Shown: piece after piece, positions 32,473 to 44,800 of the stretch
How positions within the stretch are numbered: position 1 is the stretch's first letter
How the letters are laid out: each line of letters starts with the position of its first letter
NCBI GenBank assembly: GCA_964035545.1
Contig: OZ037771.1
Span: forward strand, 12,585,133-12,649,132
Length of the DNA: 64,000 nt
Source of the DNA: Bugula neritina
Lineage: Eukaryota > Animalia > Bryozoa
Direction of reading: 5' to 3'
Notes under the pieces: generated by a model
The model's input: the letters and a program-made list of their open reading frames with translations, nothing else
What the model was told of the DNA's origin: nothing
Database searches by the model: none
Position numbers and translations under genes: made by a program

Positions 32473-33127
32473 TAGAGTGGTAATGTCCAGCTGTGTTTTT
32501 ATCAGTTATGGTGTTAGTCTCGCTGGGGTCCCGGAGAGATTCTGAAGCAATAGTATCAGAGTCATGGGCAAACTTGGACCAGCGGTCTGACCTGGATGTT
32601 TTAGACTTGGAGTAAATAGAGCCATTTCTTACTTGAAACATTTTGTCTGAGTGAGTTGCTTTTAATTCGTCTCTCAGTTTTCTAAGTTTATAGTCACGGT
32701 CACGCTCTTCAGGAGATAGGTCTGGTGTACAAAATGTAGATGCTTTATTTTCCCAGGTGTTGTATCTATACATAAAATCATTTTTATTCATCTCAGAATT
32801 AAAGGTGGCTTTAACTGGTCTTATTTTATCAGAGTTGGGGAGGTTCATGTTACGTCTACCTAGTCTAGAGAATTTTAACAGAGACTCATGATTGAAACTT
32901 AGAATATCACATATTTCCATAATCTCTTCCATGGTATTGTTATTCTCTTTTAAGCCATGTATGATAACACTATGGGCACGTTCTTCCTTCTCTTTTCGTT
33001 TCAGTTGGGATTGGGCATTGGTTTCCAATCTTTCGACAGTTTGTTTGATTTTAGTAAACCAGGGTTCTGTGTTATCGGGCTTGATTGTCTCAGATTTGGT
33101 CAGTTTGATATTCTCACAGACCAGACT
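32462..33127 (-). CDS. LINE ORF1, C-terminal part (5'-truncated)
   Basis: SVIIHGLKE...RLGRR...IRPVKATF...TPDLSPEER resembles CR1/L2-group ORF1. The frame stays open upstream of the listed ORF (LVCENIKLTKSETIK...) to the junction with host low-complexity DNA. Confidence 0.8.
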   Translation of the reverse strand, partial: SLVCENIKLTKSETIKPDNTEPWFTKIKQTVERLETNAQSQLKRKEKEERAHSVIIHGLKENNNTMEEIMEICDILSFNHESLLKFSRLGRRNMNLPNSDKIRPVKATFNSEMNKNDFMYRYNTWENKASTFCTPDLSPEERDRDYKLRKLRDELKATHSDKMFQVRNGSIYSKSKTSRSDRWSKFAHDSDTIASESLRDPSETNTITDKNTAGHYHSNAN

Positions 33128-33734
33128 ATAACTATAAGTATAAGTATTAGTATAAGAGTATAAGCATAAGTTATAATTATACTAGACACTAGTAATAAAT
33201 TTAACAGTAATAGCCTACTCACATTCTGAAATTGGTCGATTGGAAAAAACTAAAAGTAAAACTCAAATTGAAAGTAAATAATAACTATACGACTACGTAC
33301 AAATTAATAAATATAATAATAAATTAATATTAATAATATAAATATACTATATTATAGTAATACTTCCCCTTACCTCTACCAAGTCCAATACCAATAAAAA
33401 ATAAATATAAGTTATAAAGATAATAACAATAATCTTTATCTAATAGCAATACTAATGATTAATCATAATTAACTTTCTGTTCTTGACTTTTGAGTTTCAC
33501 TTTCAGTTTAATTTTAAAAGTAACATTAAATTTGATTTTAAATGATTTATGATATTAATTTGGTATTTACTTTTACAAATGGTATTTTTGCAATTTATAT
33601 TTCTGGTGTTTTTACTGGAAACTTTAGTACTGCTAGTATTATATTCAAATGGGGAATATGAGGAATCTAAATTAAAAAAATACAAGGTCAAACACAAATG
33701 AGTAATGACAAAGTCAAATGGGATAAGAAAAACT

Positions 33735-33956
33735 ACTGATAACATGGCGACGAACATGTGGCTATAGACTGTGATTGGTAGAAACTGTCACCGTAAATTA
33801 CGGAGGCTTCGCCAAAAAGTCTATTCGGTAAAAAAATTTCTTGGTGGCTTTCTTCTATAACCTAAGTTTCTTAAGTGTAGCTACAATTTGGACTATTGAA
33901 TTTTATCGTTTTAAATAAAAACATACCTCGTTGTATCAGCAATACCTATGGTAAGA
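33735..33956 (+). promoter_or_regulatory. Probable PFAS promoter / non-coding first exon region (possibly bidirectional)
   Basis: YY1-type AACATGGCG at 33741, inverted CCAAT (GATTGG) near 33773, local CpG enrichment and a plus-strand donor ATG|GTAAGA at 33951. Minus-strand donors occur at 33373 and 33222. Confidence 0.4.
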
Positions 33957-34363
33957 ACATGGTCTAAATAATTGTAGACAACAACATCGCAAGCACATGG
34001 TCTCGCTTGCTTTTTTATTCAATCATTTCCTTTGGCTTTGCACTATCACCAAATGTGTTAAAAACCATGGTCCATGACCATTACTTATGCTTGATTACTA
34101 TCATTAAATTGTATTACATATTAACAATTGTTTTTATACTCTAGTCCAAACAATAATTCAATGTATTCACAGCTATAATATTTAATAATTATAATTATAA
34201 TATTAATATGATAATAATTATTATAATAAATTATAATTAAATTTAATGTTTAAATAAAATGAGGCACTGGCACTCACAGTCGGTGTCACACTCACTGTCA
34301 CGGTGACTGATACTCTGAGGCTTGTCACTACTAGTAGTAATACTACTACTACTGCTAGTAGTC

Positions 34364-34665
34364 ACAAATTCTAATTTACTTGATCTTCATATTTATAATT
34401 CATTGCGCCGTTGTGATTGTGGGTAGTGACCACGTCCACTGACATTAGATTAGACCTACCCTTACTCTTAGTACTATTAGGAGCAGTAGCAGTATTAGAC
34501 GTAGTAAGTACTAGTGCTAGTGCTACTAGTACTAATACTAGACACTACGTCTGATATTGCTACTACTAGTACTAGTACTAAGAGTAGGTCTAGTGCCAGT
34601 GGTCACTACCTATAAGTATAATCACAATGAATTAGGAATATGAAGATCAAGTGAATTAAAATTGT
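34364..34665. repeat. About 300-bp imperfect palindrome (foldback-type element) upstream of PFAS coding exon 1
   Basis: Nested inverted arms: acttgatcttcatatt/aatatgaagatcaagt, ggtagtgaccac/gtggtcactacc, tagacctac/gtaggtcta, agacgtagt/actacgtct. Confidence 0.8.
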
Positions 34666-35849
34666 ATTGAAGTCAATATAAATTATCACTAACTCTAAGA
34701 CTCTTAGTAAAAGTAAACTTCGTTTTACAACTACTACTAGTACTATAATTATTATTTGCAGCTAAATTCAAGCGATGCTAATTTGTAACCTTGAAACTCA
34801 GCTCAATTAAACTTTCTTAGGATGTACAGTCGGTGTTACCTCTGACTCTAGGTAAACAGATCCTAAAAATACTTTTGATAAATATATAGCATATCTATAG
34901 TAAATGTAACCCCTAGTAGTAATCACTAATGACAAATGCAAACTCAATGGTAAATCACAAAATATAAATTGTTGTAAATTTCATGCTGTCGATTGACCTG
35001 CCACATAAATTAAGTACTGGTTAGTTTGAATAAAAATTAATTTCTATTTCAAGCTACTTTCAGTTATTGGGTTTTACACTTGGGGTCAAAAAGTTGAAAT
35101 AGGAATGTGTCAGGTGTTGTTGAATATTTCAAATCAATCTAACTAGAAATTTGTAGTATGCTTAGTTTAATATTGCTTGGCAACTCAAATGTGCTTTCAG
35201 TGCTTCTGGAGATAGGTATGTAATTTAGAAATTTATTATGATGTGTAAGCATTGATACAGCTAAGTTTATCATCCAGTAGCACAAGAACTGTTTTGTTTT
35301 GTCTAATCATATTAACAACGATGCACTAATAAAAGTTAACATTTATTGAAATTATCTGTTCAACAAGATGTTGAGCAGCCAACTAATTACATTTTATTCA
35401 TTTATTTTATCTACCCTTTTATACCATGAGCTTCAAGGCGCAACAGTTTTCTCAATACTGTTTTTAAGTGTGCGATTCCTAATGCTAGAAACAAAAAATA
35501 TGTAAATATTAATATACTTCAACTGCTAACTAAGGAAGAAATCAGGGGCGGAACTTGCCTTCAAATACAAATAATATTTTCACATGAAATTTTTAGGCAG
35601 AACTTTATAAAAGCAAGTTTTTTAGTTGTAGTTTTAGTTAGTGTGCCATGTTAATATCCATTTATTACTCAAATATTACCAAGAGGTTAATTTTAATTTT
35701 TCAACCATATGCTAAAATACTAATGCAGATGGTTAAGTTGTCTGTAGAGGGAACATTCGTAACTCAAGGCATGTGACTTTGAAATCAAAATAAACTGTGT
35801 AACATTTCTAATATTTGGACATACATATGATAGTTGAAAGCGTGACAAT

Positions 35850-38800
35850 ATGAAGATTGTGAAGCTATACTGTGCTGAAGAGTTGGATGAGAGGCAGTAT
35901 GACATCATCATCAAGTTTCTCTCAGACCGAAATATTACCGTGGCAGGTGTAGAGTTTGAATACTGCTACTATGTTGAGACATCTGCACCTAACGGTATGC
36001 TCTAACATACGCAGTTTTGTTTATAAGGTTTTCCCATGTATATGAGGGTAATTTTCTGTCTAAAGGTAATATATTAAATCTACCAAACTACGATATGCAC
36101 CAAAGTCTTGATGTACGTAAAATGTAGTCATGTGTAGTTAAAAGTTAATTGTTTTGATAGAGGATGAATTAAACGCTATTAATGTTTTTTAAGATAATTA
36201 AGTCTTTATCAAATATATTTTAATACTGTATGTGTCAAAGCCAACTTACTCTCAAGTTTTCACAAAGTACATATTCTGAAGTTGACCTTCCACACTGCCA
36301 TATTTCAGGCGTAGCAGAATCGGAGCTGTCAATATTGCAATGGCTCATTGCCAAACCATTTGTTGTCAATGAAATGAATTCAACTGCCAAGATGGATGTC
36401 GTCTCTAGTCAGTCACTTTTTGGCAGTAGCAAAGAAAATGTGAACTCAATTACTCTTGAGGTTGGGCCAAGGTAAGGTGTGCGACTGGTGTTTACAGCTA
36501 CGAGAATTAAGGGGTTTTAATTGTATATAAGAGAAACTGACTGACATTGTAGAGTTGCTCTGGCTATGCAATGGATTTTGGAAAATTCGAATACTTTTAC
36601 AAACTTAAGTTATGTTTCTAATTTATTAAAAGTAGTCCATTTTGAATAAAGTTATTGAACATTTTATCTCTTAGCTGCAAAATATTGTTCTGTTTTTTCA
36701 GATTGAATTTTTCCTCTCCATTTTCCACGAATGCCGTGTCCATTTGCCGCTGGTCAGGCCTTGACCATGTGCGGCGTGTTGAGCGTTCCCGTCGCTATCA
36801 TATTGAAGTTGTCGGGAAGGAAATCTCTAAGGAGCTGCAAACTGAACTTGCTTTCAAACTGCATGACCAGTTAGTCCGTTGAATATATACTTTATATCCA
36901 CTATTAATATACTTTATATCCACTACTAATATACTGTATATATACTGCTAATATACTGTATGTATACTACTAATATATTGTATGTATACTACTAATATAC
37001 TGTATGTATACTACTAATATACTGTATGTATACTACTAATATACTGTATGTATACTACTAATATACTGTATGTATACTACTAATATACTGTGTATTTACT
37101 ACTAATATACTGTATATATGCTACTAATATACTGTATATATATCCTACCTAGTATACTGTCTTATCATACAAAATCTTCCCCTTTACTCATTGATCATAT
37201 GACTCTGGTGCCCAATATCAATGGTGTCTCTAGAGATTTTCACTAATGGAACTTCATTTACATGTTTTACATGATGATTGTTTAACTGTGACAACCTTAT
37301 TTCACCACTTGTTATAGCTTTCTTGCGCTGGAAAGGTAATCAATTTTGTTCCTTTCACATCTTCCTCAACACACTATGCCGTGGTATTTCTACAAGTGGC
37401 ACTAGCATATCTGTTGTGTGTTACAGGATGGTGGAGATGGTTTACAGCAAACCGGTGGAGTCTTTTGACCTCAAGGTCACTGCATCCGATGTTTATCATG
37501 TTGACGTGGTGTCAGATGGCAGGAAAGCTCTAGCTAAAGCTAATCAAGAAATGGGTCTGCACTATAAATTTGCTTTTGAAACAGTTTGTTTATAATAAAT
37601 GTGAAAGTCTGTATCTTTTTCATAATTTTCACATTTCAGCCTGTCTTAGAGATGTTTCATAAAATTTAACATTTTCTGATTTGAGGGTGAGTAGCTTTAA
37701 ATAAAAAAACTCACCCAAGTTTATAGTCACTATCTCTGTGAGAAACCTTGGTTTAAAGGGTTTTTAAGCCAGCTAAGGACTTATTCATATGTGACAGAAG
37801 AACAATTATGACTGAAGGCTCTTTCTAGCATCTCTGCTGGTGTTACGACTCAAACCACTTACTTCCTGTTTACTAGGTCAGCGCTCGAGGAGCTTTTATT
37901 GGCCGCCACTTATTGTTACGAACTATCTTCAACTGCTGAATTAATGCATAGTGTTTACCGGTAGTTCAAGTAGTATAGCAATCCCTTCTCATGTAGAGTA
38001 TATCTGTATGATTGAAAAATTTGAGATTTGCAATGATATGCATGTGGTTTATAAATCATTACTTTTAAATGTGGCAGGCAAAAATTATCTAATGAACGTT
38101 CCATACAGATGTATGGGATTTTGTCTAACGCTGTTGCTCTTTTACATTGTAGAATATATATTTCTAGTCTGTGTTATGTTGTTCAATTAAACAGATGCAC
38201 TGTGCTTCTACATATTTTAAGCCTTCTGCTAACAAGCAATTTATCCCATTACAAAACGTGAAAGTCTGCAGAATTAGCCTGCCATAGAGAAAGTCTCACA
38301 AAAATAGGTTCCATGACACGAGAGCAAAAGTGGCGCATGAATGCATTGTACAAGCTTCAGAAGTACCTAAATGCACTTTATAGACACTTGCCTTTACAAG
38401 CTTCAATTTTAGATTGGGTTTTTTATCCACTAACATATTATGCTAGTCGTAAATTTGCAGATTTTCTAAAGATGCTAAAATGGCTATGTGGCTGAAAACT
38501 TATAATGTATTCAATGAAATATATTTTTGTTTTTCACTTCTATGTTGTCTATGTGGACATACGTTGCAACACATGTAATCACTGTGTATAACCAGGTCTG
38601 GCCATGGACGACTGGGACCTGGATTACTATACGGACCTCTTTCAGAATAAAGTCGGGAGAAATCCAACTAATGTCGAATGTTTCGACCTTGCTCAGTCCA
38701 ACAGGTCAGTAGAATTTACTCTGAACACAGTTTTTCTTGAGTTAGGCAAATGTGCGTTTTATTTCTCTGGAATAGTTCAAAAGGCAGTAAATTGGTAATT

Positions 38801-41800
38801 CGAAATTTTTTTATCGACAGACGACAAAAATATGCAATAAGAATAGACATCAATGGCTACTCTTGCTGCCTTCGGTTTGGTGGTGTTGGGTCGTAACCAA
38901 ATAGGAGAAAGTCATATCTGTACAACTCAGCTAAATTGTTTATCATAGAATCGTTCAGCTGATTGTAGTAATGTGACAGGGTGTGCTTATTTTTGGATGC
39001 GTTTCTATGAGTCAGGGTGGCATTCAGTTTCAACGTCTTCAACAAAGCCTCGGTGTCCTCCTTAAAATGGCTGAAATCAGCTATCAAAGTGTAGTCGGTT
39101 ACACAGGGTAGTGCTATGGTATGCAATGGCTGCCAATGTTCGTTGAGCAGTAAAGATGCTTGGGGAGACGAGAGTGGTTCACCTGTGGTTCGTGCTCTGG
39201 ATAGGATGCAGGTAACAAACTGTGGGAAGGACAGAGCAGGCATTCTGTAAGTAAGCCACCTGCAAGGCCGATGGAACATGTGACAAAATCGTTTGTCCAG
39301 TGCTTTGTTGACGTATGCAGATACAAGACGGTCCCATGGGTCTCTAGAAAAATATGGGAGAAACTGTGAGATTCGTCAGTTTTATGAGTTATACAAGCTG
39401 AGTATTAGTGTCAACTTGAATATATGATTTAAAATATGGCCCTTCAGTTCATTGTGAAAAGCCGCTAGCTCTGTTTACTCTGTAAAAACCTGTGTAAATC
39501 CAGTTGAACTAGTATTTAAAGGATTGCTCTATCTTGTCTAATAAATGGCTATTTAGGTCAAACACACATAATATTGTGTTTTTCTAAGCATGCATTGACA
39601 AAAAGCATTTGACCAAAGGTAGAAAAAGTTCGTTGAAGTTGAGGGTGTAGATTGGTAACAGCCAAAACGCCGATTTTGAAATGAGCTGGGAACTGTGACG
39701 TAACAGCGCCAGCATTCTTGCTGGTCACGTGACTATACAAATGAATAACTATAGAAATATGACTGTGAGATGTGATCTTTCAGCTCGTAATTTGTATATT
39801 TATAGAAGTGCAAATGTGAATTATCTCAATCTATAATTTTTTGACATGTTAAATAACATGTATGTGATAACATTAGGCCATATTTTGCTTGTAAGCATAG
39901 AAAAAAAGCATTGCAAAAACATGCATTCTTTAGGATGAATGCCTGCGATCGATCTAAACTAGGTCAGATTGTGCAATATTACGGGCACACCAAAGCTGAC
40001 CTATATAGCGCACTCTAACTGCTTGAGCGTTATTGGTTGATGTTGCGCTCAGCAACCTTGAATACTAGCGTTATAGTTAGCACGTGCAGCATAGTTACTG
40101 GCGTTCACACGTCACGTATTAGGCTATTCTTTTTCATGGCTGAAAATTTTACCTCCCTCAAAATTGGAATTTTGAAAAGCTGTTTTCTAGGCATATATCC
40201 CTTTGCAAAGTCACAATTGTTTGCATACACATTAGATTATAGTTCATAATTATAATGTAATTGTAATAAACTAAGATAGAGCAATCCTTTAAGGGTTTTT
40301 GAAAGGATAACTCTTAGTTTATCACTTGTTGATTGTGAAATCATATTGGTTCGCCAGCAATGGTGAAAAATGTTTAGGCCTAGAGGTGTTTGTATTGCTT
40401 CAGTAAGAAAATTGAAAGTGTCACAATTCTTTGCATACAGTCCATATGTATACAGAGTCTTACCTTGTCACAGTGAATCTTTCCTGAAGTTGTTTGATTC
40501 CATCAACACTTTTCTGCCTTTCAAACCCTACGAGTTGATACGGCGTGCCCCAGCCCCACCTATGTAAGAAGAAAAAGAAAAAATCTCTACGTCAACCTTT
40601 ACAAACATGCTCCAATGCCCAAAATTATCTCTTAACAGGATTGGTTCTAGTTAAGAATCTCGCTCTTTAGCAAAAAATATTATTCAAGTTTTTTTTACTT
40701 CCGATAAATTTTAAATCAGATTAGATTGTCACAGCATCTACAATGCGTTACTGTTGCCTTATTTACTGAAAGTGAAAACTAAAATAAACTTTGATAATCA
40801 TTGCAAACAAGCTTATATATTTTTCTTTTTACATAATTTGCATAGCTGTAACTGATTCTGCCAGTTGCATTCTGGAATTCAGACAGAATCACGCTATAGA
40901 CCGAGTTACATTCTAGATTGACTTTGACTTCCGATATTTGCACTTACTGCCATCCTTTAGTTTTCCCAACAAGATGTGTTTTATTCCCATTATCAAAAAG
41001 AAGATAAATCCATGTTGTCCATCCTATCTTTGGAACTGGTTTATATAAAATGCTATTTGGCTTTCTAGCAATCAAGTATACAGCTTCATCTAGCTCTGCT
41101 TGTGTGTGTGTGTGTGGTTGTTAAAATTAAGAGGCTATATAAATCGTCTTTCCATGCTCCTACTACTAAGCCAATCACACTTTGACTTGACACAGCAGAT
41201 TTAATGCAGTCATTGGAATTTTTTTAGTACACATCAGCAAATTATGAGAAAAAACCAAAGTTTCCTCAAAAGCCATTAAAACTTACTATATGGGGTAAAT
41301 TTAGGTGCTGATTCTAATTGTGGATAGCAAAAAGGCTGGGAAGGAATTTACAACATTAAATTGCAGTTTCATTGTGATATGAAGTATGAACTAAAGATAT
41401 ATGTGCGCATATTAATTTACTAAAGCATTGGGAAAAAGCATAGAAAATCAAGCAAAATTAAAACAAACAGCTGTATTTGTTAATTTTTTATAAGTTTAAG
41501 GCATATATTTTATCAGCTAAATTGTGAAAAATAGCTAAAACCTAGAGATCTCAAGCGCGTACTAAATTAAGTAAAATGACCTATGCATGAAAATACACCG
41601 ATATAAGTTCAAAATTGACTAAAACTTAAAAAGTCAAAATTCAAAACATAACTTCTATGCTACGTCTCTGGGCACTCAATTTGTCAAGTATGAATGAGAA
41701 TATGGAAAGTGTCTAAGATGCTCAGGAAAAGCATACAACTACAGGGCTCAAGTGTGGGTTACATTTGTACACTTTTATTATACAATTCTTGAAGCTTAGA

Positions 41801-44800
41801 TCCTACGCATTTATAGACTAAAATCTATTAATAGCAATGAATGTAAGGTTAAGACTGCATTTTGACACACCCAAAGGTTCACAATGCTAGCATATGTTAT
41901 CTTTTTGTACTTTATTATACAGTTTCTTAGATGTAATGAATAAGTGCAAGAAAAGGCACGCACATGCTTTATTCTGTGAACATTTGGGTGTGCCAAAACT
42001 CAGTCTTAACCTTGGGATACTTTTCTCACATTAATAGCCATTCATATATTTAGGTCTATAAATAGCTTAGGGTTAAAGTAGTATATAATAAAAAGTGTAC
42101 AAATGTTGCCATTACTTGGTACTGTAACTGTGTGCTTTTCCTGGGCGTCTATCCGCTTTCCATATTTTCAGTCATGACTTACAAGTTGTGCTTCAAATCC
42201 CCACTGTTTAGACTTCCGTAAATGTATTATGAACCTATTTAAATATATTTTGAACTTTTTAAGGTTTTGGGGGAAGGAAAAGGGAATCTTGACCAGTATC
42301 ATAGATGTTACTGATGGTATACTATCGTCCTCTATGGCAAGGGGCAAATAAGTCTGTTGGCATATTTGGTCATCAACTGCACATGAAGTTGACTGTTTAC
42401 TTTGGCGGATTGCAGTTTCTACACTCAAAAGTTTTATACCTCTCTTTGCATTGCTGTTTCACAAATATAGCTCTAGTTCTCATTGCTTCATGGGCGTTAT
42501 AGTCAGGTTTTTGGTCTTTGTCTACCAACTCCTCTACTTTCTCTTTATGCTGATTCCACTTTTTGGTAGTAGAGTCCAACTGCCGGCGTTGAACTGTGGT
42601 CTGCTGTTCCCTATCGCTCTCCTTTGCCCGACAAATAAAGATAGCAACTTTCACCATCTGAATATCTTTGGGGTTAAATGCATATTTTGTTCAGGTTTGC
42701 TGTTCAGTTGAGACAGATTTTAGTTTTTAGTATCTACTTAGTAACTCACTTTTGGGACCTTGACCTTTCGCACTGCGCTTCTTGTTAAAGCTGACTTGTA
42801 GATTAGAATATTTGTTAATACGCAGAATGTGGTTAAGCTTAGCACCTTAACAGTGTTGCACCGCATCCTTTATTACTCTACAAAGAAGTTGCACAAATCA
42901 CACGATTTAGTAAAAAATCTTGGAAAAAAGCTTAAAATTCTCGTCATTCCTCTGTACTTTAAATCTTTGTTTTGCTTGAAATTTGCCAGTTTCAGAATAC
43001 AGAACATCGAATTGGTTTTATATATAATAAAATTCACATTGTAAATAAAAACATTAGGTTAAAGTGTCCACTTTATCAGCAACCAGTAGTTTGCTGTCCA
43101 TTTCATTAATGATCAATGTCAATAATATGCTAACTATTGAGTTCATGTCTAGTGATTCTCCAGTTGCAAATGTATGCACGTTGAAAGACTTACTTTTGTT
43201 CAAAAAATAGCAAAAATACATGGTAAAATAATTCAGGTTACCTCTTAATTTGCTCCAGTGACTAACTTGTTTAGATATACTACTGATTATTTTAGTACAT
43301 AGCTTACTCCTCTCAGTCTAACAATGGTGCTGTGTGTAATGCATAACTATAAATAATTATATTAGAACTTGAGTTCATTTTAATGCCACGCAGTTGAAGT
43401 GTAATAATTTTATGCTTGTTTGACTGGGCAATAGTGAAAAATTAAAATCATAAGTTAGTTTTTAAAATTTGAAGTATTCTGATACAAAAGAATAGGAGAA
43501 ATTAAAAAAAATACATTTTCACCCTTAAAAGTGATGCTACCTTAATAACAACTATGACTTTGTTTTGAAAACTAAATTATTAGTGCAGTTATTTTAAAAA
43601 AATAGAAGACAAATCTTGTAATTCATTCTTTAGTCTGTAGAATGCACATTGAACACAGCTTCTTTTAAACTATTCAAATTTCATTTCATTTTTGCTAAAT
43701 AGTTTTTAAGACAGTAAATAATCGGAAATCTTTTTAGCCAAAGATGGTTCAGCTATGACAGAAATGTGCAATAAAATTAAAAATTAATGACTACTCCTGC
43801 TGCCTTCGGTTTGGCGGTGTTGGGTCGTAACCAAATAGGAGAAAGTCATATCTGTACAACTCAGCTAAGTCGTTTATCATAGAGTCGTTCAGCTAGTTGT
43901 AGTTTTGTGACAGGGTGTGCTTATTTTTGGATGCGTTTCTATGGGTCAGGGTGGCGTTTCTATGAGTCAGGGTAGCGTTCAGTTTCAACATCTTCAACAA
44001 GCCCTCAATGTCTTCTAGTGTCAGGTGTGACAACTATGATACAAGTCTCATCAATCATTTGTTATGCTGGCTGTCTTTTTCAATTTATAGCTGTTGACCT
44101 TTCAACTCTCTGGTCAGAATCTGCTGTTAACCGAGTCTTAGAGCTCTGCTAGTGAATGACACAGCAGATTAGCTGTGTTAGCATTTTCAATTAGTTATAC
44201 TTACACACTTATGCTATGGGAATAACTAGACTACCTCAACATCTATCATTTTCACAAAAAGCATTCTCACAAAACTGTAAATATATATTAAATAAACAGA
44301 TTAAATTGCAATTGTAACAACTGTGCTCAAATAAATGTATCTAATGTATCTAATTAAAAACCCAGATAGCTTTTTAGCTGTTGGCATTCTACTGATTTCA
44401 AATCTGCTGCAAGTAACTTTTTTGTATCTGGGAGGTGGGGGTGGATATACAGGGGTTGGCCAATTTTCAAGGGGGCATCTTGTAACTGTAGATACTCACT
44501 GAACAATTACTGGGTTGGGGCTATAAGCACCCGTCTCTTTATTTATTAGGTTTTTAATGGATGTGTAGCTAAAAATCAGTACTTCCTGTTGATAAACAGT
44601 GTCATTGTTGTGTGTGTATTGTATGCAGTGAACATTGCCGCCATTGGTTCTTTGGGGGACGGATGGTTATTGACGGCGAGGAACAGCCCAGCTCACTGTT
44701 TAAACTGGTCAAGTCTACCCAAGAGAACACAAATCCCAACAATAAAATAAAGTTCTCTGATAACAGCAGGTAGATTATTAAACATTTTCTCAAAATAGTT

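Larger units (their letters stand above)
29406..33127 (-). mobile_element. CR1/L2-group non-LTR retrotransposon, 5'-truncated within ORF1, ORF2 intact
   Basis: ORF1 remnant plus APE-RT ORF2. The 3' UTR has a U-rich tract, a stem-loop GGAGC-CAAAGC-GCTCC (29439-29454) and a (GAGAT)n tail instead of poly(A). No TSD recognised. Confidence 0.93.

Noticed and set aside
33948-33950. ATG-only first coding exon of PFAS
   Set aside because: Coding exon 35850 has its own ATG that aligns with the expected PFAS N-terminus. The upstream ATG|GT cannot be shown to be in frame and is treated as a UTR exon end.
41065-41136. Frameshift at a (CA)n tract making the sulfotransferase a pseudogene
   Set aside because: An acceptor at 41065-41066 (TTGATTGCTAG) gives a phase-correct open frame without including the microsatellite.
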